From Nemertoderma westbladi (lineage: Eukaryota > Animalia > Xenacoelomorpha): 44,035 bases of DNA. Of this stretch, positions 1 through 10,887 are shown piece after piece. The position numbers and the translations under genes were made by a program. Within the stretch, counting starts at the first letter, position 1, and every line of letters begins with the position of its first letter. The notes beneath the pieces were generated by a model. The model ran no database searches. It saw only the letters and a program-made list of their open reading frames with translations, and had not been told where the DNA came from. The DNA lies in contig JAUCBJ010002129.1 in NCBI GenBank assembly GCA_032718475.1, positions 1 through 44,035 on the forward strand, given 5' to 3'.

Positions 1-38
1 GCAAATGCCAGTTACACGCAAATGCGCTTCATAAAACC

Positions 39-2633
39 ATGAACTGCAGGTACTGGCAGGCGCTACCGAGGCAAGACCAGATAGATTACGCGTCGAGCAA
101 TAAAATCTGCTCGCGATGTGTGAAGAGTGGACACAAGGCCAGGGAGTGCCAAGAGAAGCCGGTCAAGTTTGGCCAAAGGAGAGGCCAAACGATGGCAACG
201 AGCACGGTAGGGGCGAAGAAGAGAGGAACGGTGTTACTTGGAGTAGTACCAGTGCGAGTGATCGGGGAAGGCAATCGATCAGTAACAACACTAATGCTGG
301 TTGATAGTGGAGCTGCCTTCACATTAGTTGAGGAATGGGTAGCCGAAGAAATAGGATTGAGAACGAGGCCAAGCAGAATGGCGGTAACAACCATCTCTAG
401 CAAAGACGAGATCCTAGAGATGAGGACAGGACGGTGCGCAATTGCAGCAGTGGCACCAGGATGCGATTATGGGGCAACCATCGACCCCATCCAAGTAATA
501 GAGTCAATTAACATCAATGCCAGGCGGCCAACCAACATCGAGGTCGAGCAATACAAATTCCTGGACAACATTGACTTCTCAATCCCAGACGTGGACGTTA
601 GGAAGGTATCCATCATAGTAGGAATGGACTGCCCGACGGCCCACGAAAGAATGCAAACGGTCTTCGGCGAAGACAAGCAGAGTGACCCGGTGGCCATATT
701 AACACCATTCGGGTGGACGCTGAGTGGTCCAATTAAGAGCAAGATACCATTTAGGATGTCGGAGACATCAGGATGCATGTTCGCGGGAACAATGCAGGAA
801 ATGGGTGATGAGGGAGCAGAGGAGCAGCTTAAAAGACTGCTCAGACAAGACTTTGAGGGACTGAAAGAGACCGGGGTCGGGACCTCGGTAGAAGACAAGC
901 AGGCTCTACAAAGCGTGGAGGAATCGATGACGTGTGATGAGGGGCGGTATACAATAGGAATGGTATGGAAACTACCGAAGATACCGCTACCCGATAATAG
1001 AGGGATGGTACTCACGAGACTCCGCAAGCTGAAACAAACACTAAAACGGAGCCCCGAGAAGAACGAGTACATTCACAAAACCATTAAGAAGTACGTCGAG
1101 AAGGGATGGGCCGTGGAGTTACCGGTCGACGAGCCGAACACGGACAGGACATACTACCTGCCACTCCACGTAGCATTAGACCCAAAGAAAGGTAAACTTA
1201 GGATGGTAGTCGATGCATCGGCAAAGACCGACGGAAAATGCTTAAACGATTACCTGTTGGAAGGCCCAAATATTTACAATTCGGGCATAGAGGTGTTACT
1301 TAGATTTCGGAATGGGAAACACGCCTTCACGTGTGACATAGAAGGCATGTTCAACCAGGTCCGTGTAACGGAGGAAGACAGCGACAGTCAACGCTTCTTA
1401 TGGTATAACGGCGAAGAAGAACCGCCGATAATACCAGCGTATAAGATGGTAGTACAAAACATGGGGGCCAAGTCGTCCTCATTTACGACGACTATGGCAG
1501 TGAGAGACACGGTAAAGGGGAAGGAAGATAGATACAGCAGTAGGGCCGTCGATATGATCCGACGCGGCTTCTACGTAGACGACGGTATGGAGTCTGGAAA
1601 TACGGTTGAGGAGATACTGGAAACAGGGCGCGAGGTTCGCGACATCCTGAAAGGATCCGGCTTCAACCTGACCAAATTCCAATCCAGTTCAGAAGAATTT
1701 ATCAAGGCAATAGAGGACAAGAAACCAGAATCGACCATGGACAACCCTACAACAGCCAAAGGACAGGACATGGCGAATAAGAGAACACAATCGCAGCAAA
1801 AGGCATTGGGAATCGTGTGGGATAGAGGAACAGACGAACTGAAGTATCAGCTGAGCCAGGAGGGCGCAGACACCCATACGAAGAGGGGTTATGTATCGTA
1901 TATAGCAAGGATATACGATCCCCTAGGCCTAGCATCCCCATTACTAGTCACGGGGAAACAGATACTCAAGAGAGTATATAAATTGAAGGATGAGTGGGAC
2001 GTAGAGGTACCAGAGGACATCAAGAAACAGTGGAGCAAATGGACAGGAGACTTGGAGAGGATGGGAACATACAACATGCCGCGAGTGTATTTTCCGGACG
2101 GGAACATGACGAATCTGGACCTACATATGTTCTCCGACGCGTCGTTAGAGGCATACGGAGCGGCACTCTATTTAGTACAACGAGAGGGGGCTCACAAGCC
2201 CAGACTAGCCTTTAGCAAAGCTAAGTCAACGCCGCCAGATTCAGCATCTGTTCCCAAGTTAGAATTGACAGCTGCGAGACTAGGAGTTAGAGCCACAGCC
2301 TACCTAGTGGATACAATTCCCAACATAGTGGAGACACACTACTGGACGGACTCCATGGTAGTGCTTGGTTGGCTACACAACGAAAAGACGAGATACCCGA
2401 TATTCGTCGCGAATAGAGTGGACGAAATAAGGGCGAGCACAGAACTGGAAAGGTGGCACTACTGCCCAACAGACGAGAACCCAATTGAGTCCATAGACAC
2501 AATGGTTCAATTTCCACAGTTTAGATGTATTAGCCTCTTTGGGTGGTTTAATGTATACATCACGTGCCATGGGCATTCCTTGCAAATAAGCACTTTTTAT
2601 GTCAATGGCATTCATGTCCCACTGCATTGTTGA
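39..2633 (+). CDS. BEL/Pao LTR retrotransposon gag-pol polyprotein fragment (Zn knuckle, protease, RT, RNase H; integrase lost). Homology ends at about 2483 and the last ~50 aa are read-through.
   Basis: CSRCVKSGHKAREC knuckle, LVDSGA protease, TPFGW, YYLPLH..KLRMVVDAS, DIEGMF, FYVDD, YDPLG, FSDAS..AYGA, VPKLEL, WTDS, FVANRV, WHYCPTDENP, all in BEL/Pao order. The frame is open upstream of 39 to the window edge (CQLHANALHKTMNC). Confidence 0.95.
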   Translation: MNCRYWQALPRQDQIDYASSNKICSRCVKSGHKARECQEKPVKFGQRRGQTMATSTVGAKKRGTVLLGVVPVRVIGEGNRSVTTLMLVDSGAAFTLVEEWVAEEIGLRTRPSRMAVTTISSKDEILEMRTGRCAIAAVAPGCDYGATIDPIQVIESININARRPTNIEVEQYKFLDNIDFSIPDVDVRKVSIIVGMDCPTAHERMQTVFGEDKQSDPVAILTPFGWTLSGPIKSKIPFRMSETSGCMFAGTMQEMGDEGAEEQLKRLLRQDFEGLKETGVGTSVEDKQALQSVEESMTCDEGRYTIGMVWKLPKIPLPDNRGMVLTRLRKLKQTLKRSPEKNEYIHKTIKKYVEKGWAVELPVDEPNTDRTYYLPLHVALDPKKGKLRMVVDASAKTDGKCLNDYLLEGPNIYNSGIEVLLRFRNGKHAFTCDIEGMFNQVRVTEEDSDSQRFLWYNGEEEPPIIPAYKMVVQNMGAKSSSFTTTMAVRDTVKGKEDRYSSRAVDMIRRGFYVDDGMESGNTVEEILETGREVRDILKGSGFNLTKFQSSSEEFIKAIEDKKPESTMDNPTTAKGQDMANKRTQSQQKALGIVWDRGTDELKYQLSQEGADTHTKRGYVSYIARIYDPLGLASPLLVTGKQILKRVYKLKDEWDVEVPEDIKKQWSKWTGDLERMGTYNMPRVYFPDGNMTNLDLHMFSDASLEAYGAALYLVQREGAHKPRLAFSKAKSTPPDSASVPKLELTAARLGVRATAYLVDTIPNIVETHYWTDSMVVLGWLHNEKTRYPIFVANRVDEIRASTELERWHYCPTDENPIESIDTMVQFPQFRCISLFGWFNVYITCHGHSLQISTFYVNGIHVPLHC

Positions 2634-5600
2634 CAATATAGTTAAGCATATTCTTAATGATTGCTTGCAGCAGGTAGGAGAGTCAGTCACAGTTTTTTCA
2701 ATATCCTCGAACCCAGGAGCACATAAACGTGCTTTAACTTTAATGATGTCTCCTTTTAATTTTTCTGTGATAACCCACCTAGTCGATATTGTATGCTGCC
2801 CATTGTCACTTATTTCAGTGTATGTTTTCATATCTGACCACTTCTGCATCTCTTCTTTCTTAGCTGTTGTAATTTGATCCTCTCTGCCATCACGGACATG
2901 AAGAACTAGAACATCATCATTACTAACAGGTATAGAATCAATGTTGTCTTCATGGCTACCTTTTGATTCAGAACTAATATCACTGCTTTCATTTTGGGTT
3001 TGGCTTGAACTTTCATCATCATAATCAGCCATCGCACTACTTATATTCCTCTTCCAATCAGTAATGTCATCTCTGAAACTTTTAGAAAACTTATTTCCAT
3101 CTTCATCTTTAAGATTCCACCAATGCCAATAGTTACCTGTTCGTTTACCGCCTCTACTTATTACAGTAGCAGATTTCCATTCTCCGGAGTTATTATCTTT
3201 GTAGAGAATGTTGTCTTTAACTTTAGGCATTTTTGACAGTGGTATAGCTGATGTTATAGGTTTGTTGGATAGGTTAGAGGTTGATTTAGATCTACAAGCT
3301 TCACTATTGAAGGATGGCATTTTGTCATCAATTTGGTGTACAGTATCATCTACATCATCATCATCATCATTATTGCTTCTACAAACATTATTATATTGGC
3401 CAGTATCATTTTCTATATCATTTCCGATGGCATCAACATTGACATCATTGACTGGCATTAACCTACATGGATGAACTCTCAAGTATTGCCCACCATGTTT
3501 AACTAGAACAAGTTTAACATCAGTACCCAAGACAGTTGCAGGGCCCCTCCAAAATGTGGTATTCGTGCGTTTATAATATACTTGTTCACCTATAGAGAAT
3601 ACATAATCAGAATAATTTCTGTGTTTTCGACTTAGTGCTCTTCTCAGTTTTTCACAACTCTCTTGTTTAAGAAATGCCTCTCTAGCAATGTGCAAAGCAT
3701 TTAGATTGTCACGCACAATTTGACTTCCACAGACTGGATCATTTGCAGGAATAGAATTGTCGAAGCTGATAGGGTAATTTGGGTTTTTACCGAAAACCAG
3801 TTGGTTGGGTGTAAAGCCATAAACATTTATGAGGGAATTCTTGGCGGAAACAGCCCAGTGGATGGCCAATGTGAGGTCAAACTGTGTTTGGTATATAATT
3901 TTCTCCAGACAACCCGCCAGTATTGCATTGTGCCTTTCGACGAGACCATTAGACCATGGACTTTCAGCTGCAGTTGTGATAACTTTTATATTAAATTTAT
4001 CACAAAGTTCAAGAAATTCTTCATTATTAAACTCACCACCATTGTCTGAGAGGAATTTGTTTGGTGAGCCAAAAATACGAATCCAGCATTCTAGAATATT
4101 TTTGACTACAGTTTCTTTCCTTTTGTTAGTGATAATAGCAGCTTGACAATATCTGGTGGCATGATCGACCATATTCAATATGTAAATTCCAGGACGAAAT
4201 AATTTCAAGTCCATTCCCACTGTTTCATTAAATGATTTTGCCAATGGAAACCCTACAATTGGTTTTAGTGGTAACTTTCTGAAACGTTTACAGATATCAC
4301 ATTGACTGCTGACATCATCTACAATTTTAGTGATACTGATATTAATTGGATTGTCACTAGCTTTAGATATCAAATCTTTGAGACGATCAGATGTTGGATG
4401 TGCAAATTGTTTGTGAAGTTTAGATATTTTCCTGTGAAGATCATTATTACTGTCAGAATGTGTAAATGGTGAGGTAAACAGAATCTGATTTACCGTTGTG
4501 ACCATAATATCGTCTGTACGTGACAGGGAAAGGCAATAGTGACCTGTAGAAGAAACTATTAAATCAGTATTTTCACCAAGTAATTCAATTGTATCATTAG
4601 CTAAATTGATTTTACCTCCACCTTTCTTCATAGAAGTACGTGAAAGTAGTAGTGGAATATCACATTCAACAATGTCCATTGACAGTCGTGCCTTCTTTGT
4701 ACCAATATGTATAGGGACTGTTGCTTTAAATATAGATTGATGTTTTTCACCATCACCGAAACGAAATCTAGCATCACTTTGTTTTTCTAAAATTTGATGT
4801 TTATCACTGCAACTTAGTGAATCAACATAACATTTATACCATATAGCACCAGCAACTGTTGCGCTACACCCTGTATCTACTACTGCACAATTCAATGATT
4901 CAGATAAGAGATGTCTATTTGGCATCAGATCTTCATCAGTAAATATAATTATGTCATTTTCAGCATCAGTTAATAGCGTTTTGTATTCATTAGTGGTGGT
5001 GTTGCCCTTGTTAAATTCTGGACATTCTTGTTGGTAATGATAAATAGACAAACAAAAAGTACATTGTGTTGGTTTGCCATATTGATCAGGGGGGTTTAAC
5101 TTTTGGCCTAACTTGGGACGAGTTGCCGGCTGTAACTGTGGCCTAGAGGTTCTGAAATTACCTGTAGCTGCAGGCCTATAGGCCGTTTGTCTCTGGAACC
5201 TATTTCCCGAAAACCCACGTGGTCTAAGCAATGGTTGTCTCTGATTATTAAAATTCCAGCTCCCTCTGCCATAATTAGAGCCATAGTAACATGCATTTTC
5301 ATCAATATCATTATATAATTCTGCCTCACCTTCAACACCATATTCAATGTCAGTAGTACCGGTATCAAAAGTTGTAAAAATTGGTTCAGTTTTTACTTTG
5401 ATTGATGTTTCAGCAACAACAGGGGAATGGGTGGTGGAAATATCAGAATGTAATTTTAGAATTTGAGTTTTCATATTTTCGTATGTTAATTCATCTACAG
5501 TGGCTAATGTCAATTGATGTTTACTGTCATCCAAATTGGCACATTTCAGTAGTTGATATGCTTTTACACCTTCAGGTAGTTTCATGTCATATGTTTCACA

Positions 5601-5975
5601 CTTATGTAGGTTTCTTTCAAAGTTTACCATAAAGTCAGTTATATTAGTTTCTATGGGTCGACGGTAGGCACAAAATTTGTCGTATGCATGAAAAGCACGT
5701 ATTGATTTATCTTTCAGATAAAGACCATTTAATTTCAATACAATTAAACTTACCCCATTGTCAGTTCGTAGGTCGTCACGTTTAATTTCTAATGCAGCTT
5801 CTCTTGCTTGGCCTTCTAAGCTGAGCAGAACAGTAGGACCCTGACGCGTTTTCGGTATATCTGTTGCGTCCTGCCAGATCTCCAATTCGCGTACCCATGT
5901 TTCGTATGAGACATCATCACGTAAACGTGGAGGATTCTTAATGTTGTAGTTGTAACTCGAATTTCCGGAAGCCAT
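2373..5975 (-). CDS. Copia polyprotein (Gag, CCHC knuckle, protease, integrase, N-terminal RT). Likely start is MASGN at 5975; homology ends at about 2484.
   Basis: CTFCLSIYHYQQEC, AVVDTGC, FRFGDG, HKQFAH..CDIC, DDE motifs VGMDL / SDNGGEF / NGLVER, then RT motifs RWV..K, KARLCAPGF, DIKSAYLQG, LWKLNHCVYGLN. The frame is uninterrupted. Confidence 0.93.
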   Translation of the reverse strand: MASGNSSYNYNIKNPPRLRDDVSYETWVRELEIWQDATDIPKTRQGPTVLLSLEGQAREAALEIKRDDLRTDNGVSLIVLKLNGLYLKDKSIRAFHAYDKFCAYRRPIETNITDFMVNFERNLHKCETYDMKLPEGVKAYQLLKCANLDDSKHQLTLATVDELTYENMKTQILKLHSDISTTHSPVVAETSIKVKTEPIFTTFDTGTTDIEYGVEGEAELYNDIDENACYYGSNYGRGSWNFNNQRQPLLRPRGFSGNRFQRQTAYRPAATGNFRTSRPQLQPATRPKLGQKLNPPDQYGKPTQCTFCLSIYHYQQECPEFNKGNTTTNEYKTLLTDAENDIIIFTDEDLMPNRHLLSESLNCAVVDTGCSATVAGAIWYKCYVDSLSCSDKHQILEKQSDARFRFGDGEKHQSIFKATVPIHIGTKKARLSMDIVECDIPLLLSRTSMKKGGGKINLANDTIELLGENTDLIVSSTGHYCLSLSRTDDIMVTTVNQILFTSPFTHSDSNNDLHRKISKLHKQFAHPTSDRLKDLISKASDNPINISITKIVDDVSSQCDICKRFRKLPLKPIVGFPLAKSFNETVGMDLKLFRPGIYILNMVDHATRYCQAAIITNKRKETVVKNILECWIRIFGSPNKFLSDNGGEFNNEEFLELCDKFNIKVITTAAESPWSNGLVERHNAILAGCLEKIIYQTQFDLTLAIHWAVSAKNSLINVYGFTPNQLVFGKNPNYPISFDNSIPANDPVCGSQIVRDNLNALHIAREAFLKQESCEKLRRALSRKHRNYSDYVFSIGEQVYYKRTNTTFWRGPATVLGTDVKLVLVKHGGQYLRVHPCRLMPVNDVNVDAIGNDIENDTGQYNNVCRSNNDDDDDVDDTVHQIDDKMPSFNSEACRSKSTSNLSNKPITSAIPLSKMPKVKDNILYKDNNSGEWKSATVISRGGKRTGNYWHWWNLKDEDGNKFSKSFRDDITDWKRNISSAMADYDDESSSQTQNESSDISSESKGSHEDNIDSIPVSNDDVLVLHVRDGREDQITTAKKEEMQKWSDMKTYTEISDNGQHTISTRWVITEKLKGDIIKVKARLCAPGFEDIEKTVTDSPTCCKQSLRICLTILSTMQWDMNAIDIKSAYLQGMPMARDVYIKPPKEANTSKLWKLNHCVYGLNWVLVCWAVVPPFQFCARPYFVHSIRDEYRVSRLFVV

Positions 5976-6405
5976 TACTATAACTACGGTAATGACAGTT
6001 ACCTGTATCGGTGTACGGAATTTATTTATTGGCAGATTGGTACCGGTATATACTGATATATGTACCGGTGTATTAATATCCAAACGCAAACACCAGAATG
6101 ATGATAACAACTATCAGACTATAGAAGCTTACCAGTCTAGTCTATACCCAGTACTGGTGTTTTAAGGTTCTGAGGTTTGTTTTATATATACCTTTAAGTG
6201 AAGAATAACGCCGCCCAAGCTAGCATTCTATGTTCTATCCATACAATATAAAACATCCTTATCAGTTTAGCAGTTACCAATTACAGCAGTATAATGCAGT
6301 ATTGGCTTTAGTAATGGCATCTCCATTCAGCACATTTCAGCACTTGCCTACACAACACAATATCCAGATCAGTACAGCAGTAGTCCTGTAGTCAGACAAC
6401 CACGT

Positions 6406-6415
6406 TCTGCTACCA
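6406..6415 (-). promoter_or_regulatory. Primer-binding site complementary to the initiator tRNA-Met 3' end
   Basis: Minus strand TGGTAGCAGA directly after the LTR-terminal CA. Confidence 0.85.
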
Positions 6416-6416
6416 A

Positions 6417-6617
6417 TGTGAATGATAAACAATATGGTACAACAGGCACGGACAAAAGTATATTCTCCAGACTCTCAACCCCCAGACAACCGGTACCGGT
6501 ACGGCCATCACCATCTCCTTATAGTGGCAGCTCACATACAGTATATCATACAGTATAACAGTCTGAGCTATCTGGCGACTGAAATCCCACTTCATTACTG
6601 TTAGTAGAAGTAACACA
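6417..6617 (-). repeat. 5' LTR (~201 bp) of the copia element
   Basis: The minus strand begins TGTG and ends CACA, 1 nt before the PBS. The outer edge coincides with the break in the neighbouring RT homology. Confidence 0.8.
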
Positions 6618-7830
6618 GAGTAGGGTGGCTGTATTTAGGCGTTTGATCATTGGAAGTATTCCTATGGCATACATGGCGAGGGCCAAAGGGTCCACCTGTG
6701 TGGTTCCTTCATATGACCAAATTGTTTCACCCTCAACAAACATGCGTACTGGATTACGGTAGGTCTTTATAAGAATTGTCGCCAAAGGGGGCAAATTACC
6801 TGGACATTATGCAGTGTTAATGATCTGTTCAGGGCAGTAAAGGCATTTGTAGAATCTAGGAGTAGTATAGCTTCACAGTCATTTGTATCATAGCAATCTC
6901 GTAACGAATGTATGGCATGCTTGATCCCCGCGAGTTGCCCAAGACACAGCTGCGTGTTGCCGCCTAGCACCCCAAGGTCGGCCTTAATACAAGACATAAT
7001 TGATTTACCTATAATTCTTCTCAAACATTCCCCAACTCCAATGGGACGTACCCCAGGGGATTTGTCCAGTGGTATCAGACGGCACGCATTGAATGCATCC
7101 ATTACAACCGGTATTCTACCGCCATGCGTCGGGCGGCTGCTGCAACAGCATTCCTTAGGGCAACCGATGTGTTCCCGAAAGCTGTCAACATACGCCGCCA
7201 TGCCTCAGCATCGGCTCCAGAGGGGCCGGCTGAGCCATGTGTGCGGAGTGTTGCTTGGAGCACTGTGTCACCATTGATGCCGTTAAATATTACTGGATGG
7301 AAATCGATAACACCTTCCCAATTATGTTCAATCATGGATGGGTCAACAGGTGCATCAGGTGGGTGTTTTTCTTTCAGTATCTGTCTAATGGGTGTACCAT
7401 CGACACACGAATCTAGATCCAAGACAGAACCACCAGATTTGTTTTCCAGAATATTTACTGCTGTAGCAACCCAGCCTGAAACCATACTGTTAATAAATCT
7501 TCTCCTGAGCTTCTCATCTGGACTTAAATTCATAACATTTTTCCTCTTCCTTGCCTGCAACAGCTCCTTAAAATTACCAGAGCTCCAGAGTTCGAGTCGT
7601 CTATTAAGTGTCTCACTGAGACTTTCAGCATAGGTGGTTGTTGTTGAAGGGTTACCTGCACTCTGTAGTAACAGAGCCAGTGCTGTCATGATGGCGGTCA
7701 TGGCTACATTCCCCAGGTTGACCTTCTCTGCAAAAGCTTTCAGTAAATCTGTGATCATGGCCACATATCGACGGCCAGCTGTGGACCTTGGGACCTTAGG
7801 GTTTACATAGTTTACAACTGTTAAAACGTG
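6618..7830 (-). pseudogene. Frameshifted reverse transcriptase of a CRE-like non-LTR retrotransposon
   Basis: ILKEKHP, GSAGPSGADAEAWRR, RLIPLDKSPGVRPIGVGECLRRIIGK, LLDSTNAF, EGTTQVDPLALAMYA over three frames; cut by the LTR before YADD. Confidence 0.85.
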
Positions 7831-7836
7831 TCCATT

Positions 7837-9000
7837 TTATTTTATTTTTTTTAAATATACTTGATATTCCGAATCTAATATGAAAGCCGTTTTCAATTTA
7901 CCCAAAAAAGCATTCATAGCTAGTTCAAACGCTCTTTCATTGCCGACGAAGTTATCAGCAATGGCTCTAGGTTCTCGATGGAGCATTTGCAGTAAATAGT
8001 TGAACTTCTCGTTGGGAGTAAAGGTGCTGTTGGTCAGCTGTTCATCGACATAGGTTTTAAACGTCCTCCAATGCTTATGGTTGCACATAAACTTCTGGGG
8101 TTGTTGCGTTGGCAATCCTTGCCTAGCGGCAAACTTACCTATGTCTCTAAGGGTTGCGTCATTCCGGGTTAACAAATTGTTTAGTTCTGCAGGATTGTTA
8201 AGTCTGGTCCTTTCCCGGGGATTCATACTTACCTGCTCCGTGTCGGTCCTTCTTTCCTTCCGGTTTTGGTACTTCTGATGTCTCAATTCTTCCTCTTCAT
8301 CACTCGAGTCTGTGTCGGTTCTCAGCACTCGCGTTGGTTTATGCGCCGAGGCCCTGACCCAAGCTTCTTGTATAAATCTTTCCGCCGAGTGTTCGAAATC
8401 GGGATTATGGATCGTAGGGATGGGCGTTCTTACCTGAGGACTTTGTGGTATTGTTGCCTCCGATATGCGTACTCGTTGGCCAGGTTGGACTCTATCTAGT
8501 TCAGGCCTGCTAGGATTAGAATTAGTTCTTGCCTGTGCTGCTTCCTTTAACTGTAGGTTACTAAGCATGTCTGTTATAGGTTGGATGTGCGGCGATATAA
8601 CTTGCGCTAAACTGGCACCTAACTCCTCCCTCGTAATAAACTCCTGGCTAGGGTTCTGCTGAATTGTCGGCTCTATTTGGGTAATCCACTGTCTCTCATA
8701 TGATCCCTCTTCCGGTTTAACCAGGAAGTTCTTCGTCGAACTGGGTCGGCGATCCATCCGCGTATTCCAACTTGCGGTTTCGGTTCGCCCAATACTCGGC
8801 CTCTAGGAGATTCTTCTATAAACTCCTTCTCGTCCCGATAATAGTTGCGTCGCGGTGCGCCGTCATGATGGCGCGGATCCTGCGCGATGGGTGAAGCACT
8901 AATACCAACTGGTGTGCGATATGTAGAAAACGGTTTAGCGATCCGAGTACTCGTAATAGCTGGACCGGGTATAGGAATTCTGGTTGCCGTCGACTCACCT
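7837..9000 (-). pseudogene. BEL/Pao-type gag fragment (DUF1759-like capsid region), frameshifted near 8760 and 3'-truncated
   Basis: KFMCNHKHWRTFKTYVDEQL..EKFNYLLQMLHREPRAIA matches the F.G....W..F...K..YL...L pattern of BEL gag; preceded by a low-complexity P/S/R/E linker. Confidence 0.65.
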
Positions 9001-9004
9001 ATAA

Positions 9005-9340
9005 CCGGAGAAAGCAAACAGAAGGACGCAAGCTTCAACTCGACGCGAGCGCAAGGAACGCGAACTCGAGATCGAGAAAAGAAGACACGCATTGTATGAA
9101 GAAAAGGCGTGACTGGAAGAAGAGAGCGCAGCGAGACTTGCGAGGGAAGAAGAACAACGCAAATTGGCGCAATTGGAAAGTGCGAGACTAAACTTAGTGA
9201 GCGAAGAACGAACTAGGAAGGCGAATGAAATCGCCGAGAAGGGGATGCGAATGATTGACGAAAGTGGGGCGAGTGTAGGTACCGAGTTGTGAGAACTGTT
9301 CGCACAGCAGAAGGCCAAACAGGAGGCGAGAACTCATTGA
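9005..9340 (+). pseudogene. Degenerate E/R/K-rich coiled-coil coding fragment, possibly an inverted piece of the same gag
   Basis: Plus-strand translation gives ELEIEKRRHALYEEKA*LEEESAARLAREEEQRKLAQLE. The purine skew flips strand near 9000. Confidence 0.4.
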
Positions 9341-9504
9341 TTATGAATGGAACAAGGTAATCGACCACGCATTCAAGGCAGTGATAAATATCCCACCGTG
9401 ATGGTACTGAATTTCCGCATTATTGCCATTCACTTTTCGGTCTACTACTACCTGCCTGCCTACAGTATGACACTAAATTGTATTATGACTTGTGGTTAGG
9501 AATG

Positions 9505-10669
9505 CGGGTAAATCATTTCGACCTACGCGTAGCTACGCGTAGTTTGTAACTTCCATTCCTGTCATTTACCGGTAGGGCCAGACTTACTGCCTTTTTGACA
9601 ACTACGCGTAGGTGTTTTAAAACTACGCGTAGTTATTTTGGAACTACTGTACGCGTAGGTATTTTGAAACTACGCGTAGGTGCTACGCGTAGCAGTCCTG
9701 ATAACAATGATTTTTCATTTCAGGTCCGGTAGGGTTGAGTAATGGAATAACAGAGTCGGAAGCTCATATCTCGACATACAGCACTGGTAATAAATAATAT
9801 CGGCTCTTTCACATACAAACACAGGATGAATAAAAAGTAGACTTAAAATTCACGTCTCATGATTCAAGTATATTTGTTTCCATTGGATTATTTAAATATT
9901 CTACAGTAGTAAAGCTACCAGTCTACCGGTGAAGTGGTTAAAGCGAAAGCTGATAAATACTGCATAATTCAATTGTTTGGTCAAATAACAAGTGCAACCA
10001 ATCATGGTAGACAATTTAGTCTCCCCCTTCCCTTGTCAAGAGGTTAACATATTAAATATATCCTTGCCCTATCGTGAACAAAGGCAATAAAAAGCATAGA
10101 GTATCGATAAGAACCATCGGCATATTTCCTTTGTAAACTATTTTTGAACTTTAAACATTATTAACACATTAGCGCCCGCAATGCATGAAGTGAAGAATAT
10201 GTAGTTTTTACCAACCCTGCTAAGATCATAGAACAAAGGTGCCAAGATCTTACCAAGACATATAAAGATCGTAAGCTACGATCAGTGTAGATTGGTGATG
10301 CTGCATGTCTAGGGTTAGCGTATATGCCTCTGTATAGAGTATACAGGTATAGGTTACATTACTGTTGAAAGCATTTGATGGTTGTGCGTTATTGTTTATT
10401 GAACATACAGTATTCTTATTTTAGTACTGAACCGCTTGGAATACGTAGGCCTACTAATGAGAAACGTCGTATAGGCATAGTTATGGGTAGCACCTACGCG
10501 TAGTATTATATGTAGCACCTACGCGTAGGTCGCGTAGGACCTACGCGTAGCTATGTGTAGCACCTACGAGTAGTTAATGTTAAAACTATGAAACTGGTGC
10601 TATATGACCCAATGTTGCGAACTACGCGTAGCTACGCGTAGCTACGCGTTGGTCGAAAAGATTTACCCG
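9505..10669. mobile_element. Non-autonomous TIR element (MITE-like) with subterminal CTACGCGTAG palindromes
   Basis: Left end CGGGTAAATCATTTCGACCTACGCGTAGCTACGCGTAG; reverse complement of right end CGGGTAAATCTTTTCGACCAACGCGTAGCTACGCGTAG (36/38). No ORF and no clear TSD. Confidence 0.85.
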
Positions 10670-10887
10670 AAATTTGAAGAAAAGTATTTTTTATGACCAA
10701 ATATGCTGTGCGTGCTGAGTCTTAGGTAATGACGCGGAACCATAGCATAGAGTAGTTTACGGTACTGTACTGTGTGCAGCATTAACCAGCTGTCTTGATT
10801 TCTATTGTCATTGACCATGACTATTGTATTATATTATACCATGCCTACAGCCTGCCTACATACTACATCAAGATCAACAATGCCAAC

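Larger units (their letters stand above)
2484..6617 (-). mobile_element. Ty1/copia LTR retrotransposon (GalEa-like), 3'-truncated within RT
   Basis: 5' LTR, Met-tRNA PBS and a Gag-PR-INT-RT ORF in copia domain order. No RNase H or 3' LTR. Confidence 0.9.

Noticed and set aside
86-2517. Many short ORFs overlapping or antisense to TE coding regions (also at 26-28 kb)
   Set aside because: Shadow frames with no independent motifs.
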